Positions 28,193-39,975 of a stretch of DNA of 64,000 bases are shown here, one piece after another. This stretch comes from a bacterium (GTDB lineage Bacteria > CLD3 > SB21). Where the stretch lies: the NCBI GenBank assembly GCA_013360215.1, contig JABWCP010000001.1, positions 215,144 through 279,143 on the forward strand, read 5' to 3'. The notes beneath the pieces are model-generated. The model was not told the origin of the DNA. It searched no databases and worked only from the letters and a program-made list of their open reading frames with translations. A program made the position numbers and the translations under genes. Each line of letters opens with the position of its first letter. The stretch's first letter is position 1.

Positions 28193-29124
28193 TGCGGATC
28201 GCCTCAATTGACATCGGCACCAATACAGTACTTTTACTCATCGCTGAAGCGGATTCCACCGGCCATTTGCACACACTTTTTGAAAAGCAGCGTATCATCA
28301 GACTCGGAAAAAACGTGGACGCTCAAAAAAATATCGCGCACGAGGGATTGGATAAACTGACACATGTTTTAACTGAATATGTGCAAGATGCCGCAAATCA
28401 TCAGGCCGCTAAAATCGTCATCGGCGCCACCAGCGCCATGCGCGACGCCGCAAACAAAGAAACAATTTTAAATGAAATTTATCGTCGTACCGGTCAACGT
28501 ATTCAAATTTTAACCGGTGATGAAGAAGCCCAGTGGACGTTTCAAGGCGGTTGCCTTGCTCTTCCCCCATCGGCGCACCACCCCATTCTCTTGATTGATA
28601 TCGGCGGCGGAAGTACTGAGTTCGTTGTCGGCTCCGCTTCCGATATGACGTTCAAAAAAAGTTTGAACATTGGCGCGGTTCGTATGACGGAGCGTTTTAT
28701 CAATCATGATCCGCCGCTTCAATCCGAATTGGAAAGCCTTCGCCGGTATGTAAACAGCGAATTTGACACTCATTTATCCGGTATAAAAAATATTCAACCC
28801 GCCCATGCACTCGGTGTTGCCGGTACCGTTACTACATTATGTGCGATGTTGCAAGCACTCCCACATTATGATCCCAACCGCATCAACGGTTATATGATTG
28901 ATAAAGCGGCGTTGGATTCGCTGATCGAAAAAATGAGCGACCTTACCCTCGAAGAACGTCGTAAGATGCCGGGATTGGAACCGGAGCGTGCGGATGTTAT
29001 TATTGCGGGGGCGACGATTTTGTCGGAAATACTTTCTTTTTTTAATTTAGATAAAATCACGGTCAGCAATTTTGGCTTACGTTACGGTCTCATACTAAGA
29101 GAGCTTGCAAGTCATGGTCAATGA
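28192..29124 (+). CDS. ppx: Ppx/GppA phosphatase family
   Basis: Motifs IDIGTNT, ATSAMRDA, DIGGGSTE and RADVI; TGATG coupling to prmA. Confidence 0.9.
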   Translation: MRIASIDIGTNTVLLLIAEADSTGHLHTLFEKQRIIRLGKNVDAQKNIAHEGLDKLTHVLTEYVQDAANHQAAKIVIGATSAMRDAANKETILNEIYRRTGQRIQILTGDEEAQWTFQGGCLALPPSAHHPILLIDIGGGSTEFVVGSASDMTFKKSLNIGAVRMTERFINHDPPLQSELESLRRYVNSEFDTHLSGIKNIQPAHALGVAGTVTTLCAMLQALPHYDPNRINGYMIDKAALDSLIEKMSDLTLEERRKMPGLEPERADVIIAGATILSEILSFFNLDKITVSNFGLRYGLILRELASHGQ

Positions 29125-30097
29125 AACCGCATTTACGCATCATGCCGGTGTGCAATACCCTATTCTTTGCGGGGCTATGTATCCGTGCAGCAATCCGGAG
29201 CTTGTTGCCGCTGTTTCTGCGGCTGGAGGACTCGGCATCATACAACCCTTATCGCTTACCTACGTTCATAAATACGACTTTCGCCAAGGCCTTCGTTATA
29301 TTCGTTCTCTGACGGATAAACCCATAGCACTCAACGCGACAGTCGAAAAGTCATCGCGCGTTTATGAAGATCGTTTGCGACAGTGGATTGATATCGCGCT
29401 GGAAGAAGGTATCCGTTTTTTTGACACATCACTTGGCAATCCGCGCTGGGTCGTAGATCGTGTCGCACCATACCAGGGCATCGTCTATCATAAAGTCACC
29501 GAACGCAAATGGGCGGAGAAAGCGATGGATGCCGGAGTACACGGCCTCATTGCCGTCAATGCCCGCGCGGGAGGACATGCCGGCCATCTTTCGCCCCAGC
29601 AACTGTATGATGCGCTGGCCGATACCGGTTTGCCGATTCTGTGCGCCGGTGGTATCGGTGATGAGAACGATTATGCAGACACCTTAAAAATCGGTTATGC
29701 AGGCGTCATGATGGCCACCCGATTTATTGCTACCACCGAATGTACGGCACACGAGGATTACAAACGAGCCATCGTACAAGCCGGCGAAGCAGATATCGTT
29801 CATACAGAACGCGTTACGGGCGTACCATTGGCCGTGATAAAAACCGAATATGTCGAGCGCGTCGGGTACAAAACGGGTACCATAGCGCGCCTGATGCTCA
29901 AACATCGCCAATTAAAAAAAATGATGCGTTTGATTTATGCATTGCGGTCCATGCGTCAGTTAAAGCGCTCATCATTGCAAGGCAAGATGTCTACACGCGA
30001 TTATTATCAAGCCGGTAAAAGCGTCGCCGGTGTCCATGCCGTCGAATCCGTGGCGGCCATCATCGCACGTTTTGTTCGATCTACAAAACCAAAATAA
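29114..30097 (+). CDS. Nitronate monooxygenase / FabK-like flavoprotein
   Basis: Motifs SNPELVAAVSAAGGLG, AGGHAG, AGGI and TRFIAT. Confidence 0.85.
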   Translation: MVNETAFTHHAGVQYPILCGAMYPCSNPELVAAVSAAGGLGIIQPLSLTYVHKYDFRQGLRYIRSLTDKPIALNATVEKSSRVYEDRLRQWIDIALEEGIRFFDTSLGNPRWVVDRVAPYQGIVYHKVTERKWAEKAMDAGVHGLIAVNARAGGHAGHLSPQQLYDALADTGLPILCAGGIGDENDYADTLKIGYAGVMMATRFIATTECTAHEDYKRAIVQAGEADIVHTERVTGVPLAVIKTEYVERVGYKTGTIARLMLKHRQLKKMMRLIYALRSMRQLKRSSLQGKMSTRDYYQAGKSVAGVHAVESVAAIIARFVRSTKPK

Positions 30098-30121
30098 TTG
30101 TAATCATAAAGGAATTCATCT

Positions 30122-31768
30122 ATGCGAACCATACGCGCACCCCGAGGCACTACACTTACCTGCAAAAACTGGCTTACCGAAGCGCCTTTACGCATGCTCA
30201 TGAATAATCTTGATCCCGACGTAGCGGAACGTCCGGAAGATCTTGTGGTGTATGGTGGCATCGGCAAAGCAGCCCGCAATTGGGATTGTTTTGACGCGAT
30301 CGTAAAAAGTCTTACCAATTTGGCAATGGATGAAACTCTGCTCGTTCAATCCGGAAAACCGGTCGCCGTTTTCAAAACCCATGCCGACGCACCGCGCGTT
30401 ATTATAGCCAATTCCAACATCGTTCCGCATTGGGCAACATGGGAAAATTTTCGCGAATATGAAAAATTAGGCTTGATCATGTATGGACAGATGACCGCCG
30501 GAAGCTGGATTTATATTGGTACTCAAGGCATTTTGCAAGGTACGTATGAAACTTTTGCCGAGTGCGGGCGCAAACATTTTAAAGGCACTTTACGCGGTAC
30601 GATCACGCTGACGGCCGGATTGGGCGGTATGGGCGGTGCGCAGCCATTGGCTGTCACAATGAATGACGGCGTGGCTATTTGTATTGAAGTTGATCGCACC
30701 CGTATTCAGCGTCGTTTGGATACACGTTATTGTGATGTTATGGTCGAGTCGCTGGATGAAGCCTGGCGTATGGCAACGGAGTGTAAAGCCAAAGGCGAAG
30801 CCAAATCCATAGGCTTATTGGGAAATGCCGCAGAACTTTTACCAGAAATGCTCAAACGGAATATGATCCCGGACATTGTAACCGATCAAACGTCGGCCCA
30901 TGACGAATTAAACGGCTATATTCCTACGGGTATCTCCGTCGAAGAAGCAGCGGAATGGCGTAAAAATCGCACCCAGGAATATATTAACCGGGCCATGGAA
31001 TCAATGGCCTTTCATGTGCGCGCTATGCTTGATTTTCAAAACCGCGGAGCGATCGTATTTGACTACGGCAATAATATTCGCGGGCAGGCGCTTAAAGTCG
31101 GCGTGACCAATGCGTTTGATTTTCCAGGTTTTGTTCCGGCATTTATTCGTCCGTTATTCTGCGAAGGGCAAGGTCCCTTTCGTTGGGCTGCGCTCTCCGG
31201 CGACCCGGAAGATATTTATGTAACGGACAAAGCTATTATGGAGGCTTTTCCTGAAAAGGCAGGTCTTCAACGTTGGCTGTCGCAAGCCAAAGATCGCATA
31301 GCGTTTCAAGGCCTCCCCAGCCGCATTTGTTGGCTTGGTTACGGAGAACGTGAAAAAGCCGGTTTGATTTTCAACGAATTGGTACGTACTAAAAAGGTAA
31401 AGGCACCCATCGTCATCGGTCGTGATCACTTGGATTGCGGCTCCGTTGCTTCACCTAACAGAGAAACCGAAGCCATGAAAGACGGTTCTGATGCTATCGC
31501 TGACTGGCCGCTATTAAATTTTGCGATCAACGCGGTCAATGGTGCGACGTGGGTATCTTTGCATCACGGCGGCGGCGTGGGGATCGGATACAGCTTACAT
31601 GCAGGTATGGTGATCGTCGCCGATGGTACATCGGAAGCAGCTGTGCGGTTAAAACGGGTGTTAACGTGTGATCCCGGTATGGGCGTTGTCCGACATGTGG
31701 ACGCGGGTTACGATGAAGCCATCAAAGTAGCGAAAGAAAAGAACGTACATATTCCGATGATACGCTAA
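30122..31768 (+). CDS. hutU: Urocanate hydratase
   Basis: Motifs [17 protein letters not shown] and HHGGGVG. Confidence 0.98.
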   Translation: MRTIRAPRGTTLTCKNWLTEAPLRMLMNNLDPDVAERPEDLVVYGGIGKAARNWDCFDAIVKSLTNLAMDETLLVQSGKPVAVFKTHADAPRVIIANSNIVPHWATWENFREYEKLGLIMYGQMTAGSWIYIGTQGILQGTYETFAECGRKHFKGTLRGTITLTAGLGGMGGAQPLAVTMNDGVAICIEVDRTRIQRRLDTRYCDVMVESLDEAWRMATECKAKGEAKSIGLLGNAAELLPEMLKRNMIPDIVTDQTSAHDELNGYIPTGISVEEAAEWRKNRTQEYINRAMESMAFHVRAMLDFQNRGAIVFDYGNNIRGQALKVGVTNAFDFPGFVPAFIRPLFCEGQGPFRWAALSGDPEDIYVTDKAIMEAFPEKAGLQRWLSQAKDRIAFQGLPSRICWLGYGEREKAGLIFNELVRTKKVKAPIVIGRDHLDCGSVASPNRETEAMKDGSDAIADWPLLNFAINAVNGATWVSLHHGGGVGIGYSLHAGMVIVADGTSEAAVRLKRVLTCDPGMGVVRHVDAGYDEAIKVAKEKNVHIPMIR

Positions 31769-34700
31769 TCGTTTTTTGGCAAACCGGTTTTTTCGCCAAG
31801 TTCGTCGAAATAGCGTTTGATCAGATCCTGATAATCTTTAGCATAACCTTGTTTCATTTGGCGCAATAATTCCTGACGTAAAAAATTGCGACGATCCGTC
31901 AGATTTTCAGGCAATGCGCGCGGAGAAACCGTATCATAATTTTTTCCGGATTCGCCTTTTCGTTTTTCGCTCATGTCTTTTTCTTGCATGGAAGTCGAAG
32001 CATCCAGCATACGCTGAAGTATTTTCTGCTGCCGTTCGATGGTCTTACGATTAACTTGATTGGACTGCATGTCTTTGATGACCTCTTCCATCTCTTTAGC
32101 CAAATTACCTAGCTGCCCTTTTAAGCCTTGTTGAGCGCCGGCTTGATCTTTCATGGCTTCCATAGATTGTTTGAGCGCCTGTTGCTCCGCCATCATACGA
32201 CCGAGTTGTGCTTGCTGTTCCTGCGATAGTCCGCCCGGGTTATTATCTTGACCCTCCATCAACGATGACATTCCCTGATTAATCCCCCTTTGTTTTCCAG
32301 CCGCCTCACGCATCTGTTCCATCAGCTCTTCCATTCCTGTACCGGATTGGCCGTTATTCATCTTATCCATGCTCAGAAGCAATAACTTGATCGCTTCATT
32401 GACGGATACCATAGCCGCTGTTTGTGAATTGACCGCTTGTGGCGTATTACGTTCTTCCATGGCCTTCACCGCGGTCTGCATTTGCCCCATTGCCTGGCCG
32501 ACGGTTCTACCGAGCGGTGTATTCACAAAGAAAGTTTTATTGGAAAGCTCCAAGAGGTTTTCCGTAACGATACCCATATTGGATAAAATGTCTGACTGAT
32601 CTTGTGTCACCTCACGAAAACGAACGCTGGCAAAATTTAACGGCGAAGTCTCGGAAATCAAAGCCTCCTGGTTTTGTGAAATGACCAGCATATCTACGAC
32701 GATTTTTTGCATAGCACGTTTTATAGCCTCATCCTGATTGGCACGATGTTCCTTTTGCGCATCGGCCATAGATCGTGAAAGCGAATCTAAAGATTTATGG
32801 ATGTCCTCTCTGTTTTCTTTTTCTTCTTTCGTTCCTTCTTGTTTATCGCTCATGCCCTGCTGAGATTGTTGCATGCGATTCTGAATGTTGTTTTGTTGCA
32901 GCTGATCTTGCGCCGTATTGAGCTTTTGATTGGATTGATTATTATTTAATTCCTTTACTAATTTTTGTAACTCATCCGATTTTTTCTTCAGATCATCGAT
33001 GTTTTTCCGAATGCGTTCTTGTTCCTTGATTGCGGCGTTCCGTTCATTATCATTTTTCAAATTCGACGCCATCCGATCCAGATATTTTTGTTGCTTTTCC
33101 AAGTCTTCTGCTGTGCGGCGCAACTGATCAAACATCTGTTCGGCTTTGATACGCTTGAGCAATTCGACAGTCCGATCGACATTTTTTTTGAACGCCTCTT
33201 GATCCATTTTAAAATTCTTAAGCGCATCCCGCATTTGGTTGGGGTTAAAATTATTTTCCATAGCCTGCTGCATTTTTTGCATCAATTCCTGCATTTCTTT
33301 GGAATTAATCTCGCTAAGTAGCTTTTGCAGTTCCTGATATTTTTGAACCGTTTCGGGTGTAAGTAGATTTTGTTCTTTAAGCTTATCCGTCATTTCTTCT
33401 AAGCTCTTTTGAATGGACTCCGCTTTCTTTTGAAGCTCCTCTTGTTTTTCGACAAGCTGTTTTATCTTTTCCTTGTCCTTCCACTCCGGTTTTTTATCTT
33501 TGAGCATCTCACGATGTACTTCTTCAAGCGATTTTTTTATTTCTTCGCTTTCTTTGGCAATTTCCTCAGCCGCTTGGATCTGTTGATCTTGCTTTTGATT
33601 GGTTTCTGCAAAAATTTCTTCCATCGAAGGAAACCGCAGACGACGCTCGACACTTTTTGTTTTTTTCGGCCCGGAAACGGCATCATTATCCCACACTTCG
33701 AGATAAAAGCCGATCACGTCTTCCGGTTGTAAAAGCAGTTTTGAGAATTCCCAATTATAAACGACATCAAATTCGCTCTGATCGCTGCGAATCAAAAAAC
33801 TCAAATCTTCGGTGGTATATGTTTCCGGAATCGGCAGAACACCGCGGGTATGCATCAATTTATAGTTTAGCACAATTCGGCTTACACCAAAGTCATCCTG
33901 CACATCGGCCACGATCTTCTGAAGCATAGCTTCGGTGATATCGCCGTCCTTTTCGGGAATATTCAATTGAACCAGCGGATATAAATCATCTTGCACATCT
34001 ATACGATATTCGACCGGATCTTCACTGGGTGTTCCTTCGTTATCCATCATCACAAAATGATAGGTTCCCGACTTCATTACTTTAAAAACACCCTCGGCTT
34101 TTTCAGAATTAAACACCGAAGTTTTCAGCGGTATTGAAGTCGAATCGGAAAAGACAATACGCGCTTCTTGCAATGATTTTGTCGCTTCCATGGTAACCCG
34201 GACACGGGACCCCTTGAGGGCTTGTATATCACCGTTATTGGCTTCTAAGACACGATGTTCGATGCGCGCATAGTTCGGGGATTCGATTTCGATCTGAAGG
34301 CGTTTTACCGACGGACGACGCATCACACGAAGCGTGTTTTTTTCTGAAACCGCAGCACGTTTGCGGCTATTTTCTATGTATGAAAATTTGAACCAATATG
34401 TCAGTTCCTGACGGAGGTTTTGTAACTCCAACGAGTAAAATCGTGCCGTATCTTTTTTCATGACGGCTTCGGTCACCTGTTCTACGCCGGACAGCTGTGT
34501 TAAGAGTTGCACGGCATCCGGCATCACCGCGTCGGAAGTCAGCGGAATAATTTCGACGCTAATTTTACGATTCTGGCCTTGGAGTATATCGGTCGTTCCC
34601 GGTACTATCACCCATCGGTACGGAATGACTTCCATCGGCTTTTTTCCCGGATCGGCTAGCCGCGCAAATGCGTCAGTCAAAGGACGATTAAAAAGTAAAA

Positions 34701-35229
34701 AAACAAAACTTGCCGTAATAACAACGACGGATGTATATCGCCATGTTTTGCGAAGTACTGTACGATCGGCTACGCTGGCGATATCATACTTTTCAAGTGT
34801 AGCATGTATTGTTTGTATCGCCGCTATGATCATGGGCTCGGAAACTTTTTCTTTGCCTTCGCGCAATTCCCCAAAAAGCTGCAACGCATTCAAAAGACGA
34901 TCTTTAATTTCTGGAAACCGTTGACCGATCTGCTGCGCTAAAGCAAAATCTGATGAAGCTGCAACAACGCCGAACAAACGCAAAATCGGCGAAACGATAT
35001 AGAATGCAATTATCACACAGGCGATCATAAGTCCGCTCATCGCCAATACCCATCGCCCTACCACATCCGGATCAGAGAGTACTTCAATACTTGCCGTTAA
35101 GAGAGCGAGTAACAGTAACAAAGCCGTGCCGCGAAGGGCATTCGTTTGAAAATAAAGACGATTCTCTTCACGACGAAGCCGCATTAGCGGAATCTGTAAT
35201 GACCGGTATAAGGAATCTGTATCGTGCAT
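31765..35229 (-). CDS. DUF4175-like membrane-anchored coiled-coil protein
   Basis: N-terminal TMs, Ig-like region with DDFG and DNDAVSGPK, then a long Q/M/K/E coiled coil. Confidence 0.8.
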   Translation of the reverse strand: MHDTDSLYRSLQIPLMRLRREENRLYFQTNALRGTALLLLLALLTASIEVLSDPDVVGRWVLAMSGLMIACVIIAFYIVSPILRLFGVVAASSDFALAQQIGQRFPEIKDRLLNALQLFGELREGKEKVSEPMIIAAIQTIHATLEKYDIASVADRTVLRKTWRYTSVVVITASFVFLLFNRPLTDAFARLADPGKKPMEVIPYRWVIVPGTTDILQGQNRKISVEIIPLTSDAVMPDAVQLLTQLSGVEQVTEAVMKKDTARFYSLELQNLRQELTYWFKFSYIENSRKRAAVSEKNTLRVMRRPSVKRLQIEIESPNYARIEHRVLEANNGDIQALKGSRVRVTMEATKSLQEARIVFSDSTSIPLKTSVFNSEKAEGVFKVMKSGTYHFVMMDNEGTPSEDPVEYRIDVQDDLYPLVQLNIPEKDGDITEAMLQKIVADVQDDFGVSRIVLNYKLMHTRGVLPIPETYTTEDLSFLIRSDQSEFDVVYNWEFSKLLLQPEDVIGFYLEVWDNDAVSGPKKTKSVERRLRFPSMEEIFAETNQKQDQQIQAAEEIAKESEEIKKSLEEVHREMLKDKKPEWKDKEKIKQLVEKQEELQKKAESIQKSLEEMTDKLKEQNLLTPETVQKYQELQKLLSEINSKEMQELMQKMQQAMENNFNPNQMRDALKNFKMDQEAFKKNVDRTVELLKRIKAEQMFDQLRRTAEDLEKQQKYLDRMASNLKNDNERNAAIKEQERIRKNIDDLKKKSDELQKLVKELNNNQSNQKLNTAQDQLQQNNIQNRMQQSQQGMSDKQEGTKEEKENREDIHKSLDSLSRSMADAQKEHRANQDEAIKRAMQKIVVDMLVISQNQEALISETSPLNFASVRFREVTQDQSDILSNMGIVTENLLELSNKTFFVNTPLGRTVGQAMGQMQTAVKAMEERNTPQAVNSQTAAMVSVNEAIKLLLLSMDKMNNGQSGTGMEELMEQMREAAGKQRGINQGMSSLMEGQDNNPGGLSQEQQAQLGRMMAEQQALKQSMEAMKDQAGAQQGLKGQLGNLAKEMEEVIKDMQSNQVNRKTIERQQKILQRMLDASTSMQEKDMSEKRKGESGKNYDTVSPRALPENLTDRRNFLRQELLRQMKQGYAKDYQDLIKRYFDELGEKTGLPKND

Positions 35230-35240
35230 ATTAGTAAAAT

Positions 35241-35273
35241 AAAAAACCGACAGGATAATACCTATCGGTTTTT
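35241..35273 (-). terminator. Intrinsic terminator after pruA
   Basis: AAAAACCGA.AGG / CCT.TCGGTTTTT hairpin with A/T tails on both sides. Confidence 0.7.
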
Positions 35274-35298
35274 ACGAATCCGTTCAAAAACTGTTGCA

Positions 35299-36882
35299 TT
35301 ATTTTATTTTTTCGCTGACGACTTTAGCTTGTGTAAATAGCATCAGATAATCTCGTCCACCCGCTTTGGAGTCGGTACCGCTCATGTTGAAACCGCCGAA
35401 CGGATGTACGCCGACCAATGCCCCGGTACATTTACGATTCAAGTACAGATTTCCTGCATGAAATTCATTGCGCGCACGTTCCAATTTTTTACGGCTTTTC
35501 GTAAAAATAGCGCCGGTCAAACCGTATTCCGTATTGTTCGCGATTTCCAACGCTTCATCAAAATTTTTGGCTTTAATGATAGCCAGCACCGGGCCAAAAA
35601 TTTCTTCCTGCGAAATCGTATCTTTGGGTTTCACATTGTCAAAAATTGTCGGCATCAAAAAGCTTCCCTGCGTGTCATCTTTCACGCCGCCCAGCAGAAG
35701 TTCGGCACCCTCTTGTTTGGCTTTATCAATATACCACATCATTTTTCCAAGCGCTTTATCATTGATCACTGGGCCCATATAGTTTTTAGAATCAGCTGGA
35801 TTACCGACGGTCAATGTTTTCGCTTTGGCGATCAATTTTTCAGTGAACTTTTTATGAACGCTCTCGACGACAATCGCCCGGGAACATGCGGAGCACTTTT
35901 GACCGGAGAATCCAAACGCCGAATACAACACACCGTCCACGGCTTTATCCAAATCCGCCTCATTGTCAACGATGATCGAATCTTTGCCGCCCATCTCCGC
36001 AATCACGCGCTTGATCCAAAGCTGACCGGGTTGTGTTTCTGCGGCAACTTTATTGATATGCAAACCTACGGTCTTTGAGCCGGTGAATGCGATAAAACGT
36101 GTCAATGCATGTTTAGTGATGACATCACCCATACCGGAACCGGGTCCCGGAAGAAAATTGATAACCCCTTTCGGTACTCCTACTTCTTCCATCAACGCAA
36201 CAAATTTAGCTGCAATCGTCGGTGAATCACTCGACGGCTTGAGTACAACTGTATTACCGGAAACAATGGCGGCCGTTGTCATACCGACAAGAATGGCCAG
36301 CGGAAAATTCCACGGCGGAATCACGGCACCGACACCCAAAGGAATATACATCAGTTGGTTATCTTCGCCGGCTATTTTAGTCAATGGTTGCTCCGACGCA
36401 TAACGCAGCATTTCGCGCCCGTAAAATTCCATAAAGTCAATAGCTTCGGCCGTATCGCCATCGGCTTCAGCCCAACTTTTCCCGACTTCATAAACCATCA
36501 TTGCCGAAAATTCGTGTTTACGCTTACGCATAATTGAAGCAGCCTTGAATAAATATGATGCGCGTTTTTCGGGTGCGACACGACTCCATTTTTTAAAAGC
36601 TTCAGCCGCCGTTTCTACTGCTTTATTAGCTAATTCTTCATTGCCATCATAAAAAATACCGATGAGCTGCTCACGATTGGACGGATTACGTGATTCCATT
36701 TTGTGATTGGTACGAATACGGTCACCGCCGATAATGATATGGTATTCTTTGCCCAATTCTTTGGAAATCTTTTCCAAGGCTTTTTCAAATGATTTACGGT
36801 TCGCAGGTTTCGAAAAATCCGTAAACGGTTCATTTTTGAATACGCTGTATTTGAAGGTTTTCTTTTTACGTGCCGTTGCCAT
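35299..36882 (-). CDS. pruA: L-glutamate gamma-semialdehyde (P5C) dehydrogenase
   Basis: Motifs NEPFTDF, PPWNFP, EMGGK, GQKCSAC and EEIFGP. Confidence 0.95.
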   Translation of the reverse strand: MATARKKKTFKYSVFKNEPFTDFSKPANRKSFEKALEKISKELGKEYHIIIGGDRIRTNHKMESRNPSNREQLIGIFYDGNEELANKAVETAAEAFKKWSRVAPEKRASYLFKAASIMRKRKHEFSAMMVYEVGKSWAEADGDTAEAIDFMEFYGREMLRYASEQPLTKIAGEDNQLMYIPLGVGAVIPPWNFPLAILVGMTTAAIVSGNTVVLKPSSDSPTIAAKFVALMEEVGVPKGVINFLPGPGSGMGDVITKHALTRFIAFTGSKTVGLHINKVAAETQPGQLWIKRVIAEMGGKDSIIVDNEADLDKAVDGVLYSAFGFSGQKCSACSRAIVVESVHKKFTEKLIAKAKTLTVGNPADSKNYMGPVINDKALGKMMWYIDKAKQEGAELLLGGVKDDTQGSFLMPTIFDNVKPKDTISQEEIFGPVLAIIKAKNFDEALEIANNTEYGLTGAIFTKSRKKLERARNEFHAGNLYLNRKCTGALVGVHPFGGFNMSGTDSKAGGRDYLMLFTQAKVVSEKIK

Positions 36883-37051
36883 ACGTTTGCTCCTGCATTC
36901 GATCTAAGTGAATTTTTTGAATCAAAATTACTTTTCGAATATAGCGAATATGATAAAAATCTACAAGAAAATAGCGTATGCGATAAGATACATATTCACT
37001 TTTTTCACACTCACTAAAGCCCGGCTGCATTGTAAATAAAAGCTTTAAGAA

Positions 37052-37066
37052 TGGCACAAGGTTTGA
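37052..37066 (+). promoter_or_regulatory. Possible sigma54 (-24/-12) promoter
   Basis: TGGCAC-N5-TTGA, a one-base deviation from TTGC. Confidence 0.45.
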
Positions 37067-37096
37067 GTGTAATCGGTTATCAAACCGGAGTTGTGT

Positions 37097-37963
37097 ATGA
37101 AAATCATATCTGAAGCATGGTTCAAACGGCATCGCTGGACTTTATTGGTTTTTCTGTTTTTAGTTTTTCGACCGCACATTACAGCCGCTATTCGCAATCA
37201 TGTAGTTATTCCATTCAAAAAACATATTCTGCACGATCACCGCACCATGCCTTCTAAAAAGCTACTCAAACCCAAAGCCAAATTAAGTGTACATTATGCC
37301 GGTATAGTGTTGCTGAATGATACAGGCGACACGGAAGATGACGGATGTTCCGATGAAGACGGCGATGCTTGTTCGACTGAGTCCGAATACTACGAAACCG
37401 AGGACGATACTGAGGATGATGGCTGCAGTGATGAAGAAGACGATAGCTGCGAATCGTCTGATGAGGAATCCGATGACAGCGATTATTCGGAAGATGACGG
37501 ATGTTCCGATGATGAAGGATGCGAATCCGACGACGAGGATACATACTCTTCGGATGATTCCGATTATTATGAAGACGATGGATGCTCCTGCCAAGGCGAA
37601 ACTGTGGTATACTCCGATGATACGCCTGAGAATTATTATAATAGCACTCTGAGCGTACATTTCTCAGTCTATACAGGGGGCGCGGATTGGACGATCCGCA
37701 TCGAAGATACCTACGGGAAAACGTTGTACACGATGATGCGAATAGATAATGTGGCGTCGGGGAATTATTCGTACAGTTGGAGCGGTGACTATTACGATGG
37801 CGCCATCGGACAAAGTCGTTTTATCCTGCCGGGAAGTTATTACGTTGTACTCCAGCGAAGGGACGGCGGTGTCTACCAAAGTAAAAAATCATTTACTTAT
37901 GATTCAAAAAACGGATTTCAGGTGGACGGTCTGAATATCAATGAAATCAACTTTATGTATTAA
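37097..37963 (+). CDS. Exported protein with acidic EDDGCS repeats and C-terminal FlgD-like Ig domain
   Basis: Hydrophobic N-terminus, D/E/S tract with 8 Cys, then IRIEDTYGK...GNYSYSWSG...PGSYYVVL. Confidence 0.7.
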   Translation: MKIISEAWFKRHRWTLLVFLFLVFRPHITAAIRNHVVIPFKKHILHDHRTMPSKKLLKPKAKLSVHYAGIVLLNDTGDTEDDGCSDEDGDACSTESEYYETEDDTEDDGCSDEEDDSCESSDEESDDSDYSEDDGCSDDEGCESDDEDTYSSDDSDYYEDDGCSCQGETVVYSDDTPENYYNSTLSVHFSVYTGGADWTIRIEDTYGKTLYTMMRIDNVASGNYSYSWSGDYYDGAIGQSRFILPGSYYVVLQRRDGGVYQSKKSFTYDSKNGFQVDGLNINEINFMY

Positions 37964-38630
37964 TCGTTCGCAGTATGCTTTTAAGCCGAAGATCAAGCGT
38001 ATCAAAATCGGTATACCCATTGGCTATCAGATAGGCTTGATCTCCGGCACGAAATACCAGTGCCGGATACCCTTGAATACCTAAATAATGTACGTCCCTA
38101 AATTCCCGTTGCGCGGTCTCACGCCACACCGGATCATTCACCGCAAGAATAAATTCATTTCCGTCTAATCCGAATTGTTCTGCCACGGTTGCATATAAAT
38201 CCGGTTGATTAGTATCGGCTCCGTTCACAAAATGACGTGATTGAACCTCGGACGCAAACTCAAATGCCATTTCAGGCTTTGCCTTTTTACATACGGCCAA
38301 CGCTACCGCAGGAGGCAACGAATCCAATACAAACCGTCCTTGTTCAACCAAATCACGATACGGTTTCCCGAATGTAACGCCCGTCATAGTCTCTAACCTC
38401 GGCATCACGTCTAAAATATAATGCGACATGAAACCGATAGGTTTCACTCTATCGCCCACAGCCAATCCTCCGCTCATGATTGCGAACGGTATTTCCCTGG
38501 AATAGTTTTTCCTTAGTCGTTGAACAACCGGGCCAAAACCGTAGCACCAACCACACAACGTATCAAAAATATAAATGATTTCTACATCTGTGGCGATCGT
38601 TTCTACTGAACCGGATTTGTCTGAAGACAT
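37953..38630 (-). CDS. DsbA family (FrnE/DSBA-like) thioredoxin-fold protein
   Basis: Motifs DTLCGWCYGF and GIQGYPAL. Confidence 0.88.
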   Translation of the reverse strand: MSSDKSGSVETIATDVEIIYIFDTLCGWCYGFGPVVQRLRKNYSREIPFAIMSGGLAVGDRVKPIGFMSHYILDVMPRLETMTGVTFGKPYRDLVEQGRFVLDSLPPAVALAVCKKAKPEMAFEFASEVQSRHFVNGADTNQPDLYATVAEQFGLDGNEFILAVNDPVWRETAQREFRDVHYLGIQGYPALVFRAGDQAYLIANGYTDFDTLDLRLKSILRTINT

Positions 38631-38752
38631 AGAATAGTACCAATGGTATTGTTATAAAAAAACCAACGCTTGCGCGATGGTTTGTATTTCCAAAAAAATT
38701 TCAGATCGAACACTATTTACATGCATGCCGCGGTTTTGAGAAAATTAATACT

Positions 38753-39964
38753 TTACTCGAAACGCAATGCCTCTATCGGATTGAGCGACGCGGCTTTGCG
38801 GGCAGGATAAAAACCAAAGAAAATGCCGACGCCGGCGGCGAAAGACATTGAAACAACTACGGAAACCATCGAAATACTGACGGCCCAACTCGTAAATGTC
38901 TCAACCAAATAACCGATCACTACACCCAGTATCATGCCGATCACGCCTCCGGTAAGACTCAGTACTACGGCTTCGACAAGAAACTGTAACAAAATGTGTT
39001 TTTCCGTTGCACCGATCGCCATACGAATGCCGATTTCACGTGTTCGTTCTGTTACAGAAACCAGCATGATATTCATAATGCCTATGCCGCCTACCAGTAG
39101 TGAAATCGACGCTACGATAATCATGAGTAGCGATACTGTTTTGGAAATGGACTTGGCAATTTCATTGACTTGCTCTTGTGTACGTATCGTAAAATCATCA
39201 TCACCGTAAGCAGGAATACGATGTTCCTGACGCAAAATCTGACGAATTTCCTCCATTGCCGTATTCATGTCCTGACTTGTTCGCACGGAAACATAGATAT
39301 AATCAATATTTTTGTCACCCGTCAGTCGTTTATCATAAGTCGTATATGGAATGATGATCATATCGTCCTGATCTTGACCGGACGCCAATTGACCTTTCGA
39401 TTCGAGCACACCGGCAACACGAAACGGGATATTCTGGATACGAACTATTTCCCCTGTCGGATCGCTTTGCCCGAAAAGATTGACTGCCACGGTTGAGCCA
39501 AGTACACAGACTTTGTTTCCGGAACGATAATCCTGATCCGTAAACATCGCACCATGCATCATACCCCAATTGCGTATGGTCGTAAAACTTGTATTGACGC
39601 CATATACTTGGGATGCCCAGTTACGTTCCGATGAAACGACATTAGTTACAAGACGAATCACCGGCGTTTGTGCCGTGACTAATTCCGACCCGCGCACGAT
39701 AGCGTCGCCATCACTGGGTTGCAACTCTTTCATCGCACGTATTCGGATACCGCCCGCTGTCATACCGCCGGAACGAATCGTAATCATATTGGTACCAAAG
39801 GCGGCCGTCTGATTATCAATTTCTTTTTGTGCACCGGCACCCACACCGGTCATGGCGATAATAGAGCCTACGCCGATCACGATCCCCAGCATTGTAAGCG
39901 CCGAACGCATTTTATTACGCATAAGCGCATTAAATGCAATTTTGAATATATTTGAAAAACCCAT
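38753..39964 (-). CDS. MacB-type ABC permease
   Basis: Motifs RSALTMLGIVIG, GGIGIMNIMLVSVTERTREIG and PARKAASLNPIEAL. Confidence 0.93.
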   Translation of the reverse strand: MGFSNIFKIAFNALMRNKMRSALTMLGIVIGVGSIIAMTGVGAGAQKEIDNQTAAFGTNMITIRSGGMTAGGIRIRAMKELQPSDGDAIVRGSELVTAQTPVIRLVTNVVSSERNWASQVYGVNTSFTTIRNWGMMHGAMFTDQDYRSGNKVCVLGSTVAVNLFGQSDPTGEIVRIQNIPFRVAGVLESKGQLASGQDQDDMIIIPYTTYDKRLTGDKNIDYIYVSVRTSQDMNTAMEEIRQILRQEHRIPAYGDDDFTIRTQEQVNEIAKSISKTVSLLMIIVASISLLVGGIGIMNIMLVSVTERTREIGIRMAIGATEKHILLQFLVEAVVLSLTGGVIGMILGVVIGYLVETFTSWAVSISMVSVVVSMSFAAGVGIFFGFYPARKAASLNPIEALRFE

Positions 39965-39975
39965 ATCAATTCCTG

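Noticed and set aside
31765-33700. Q/K/E-rich repetitive region as a tape-measure or repeat element
   Set aside because: This is the ordinary coiled coil of DUF4175-type proteins, and there are no phage genes nearby.
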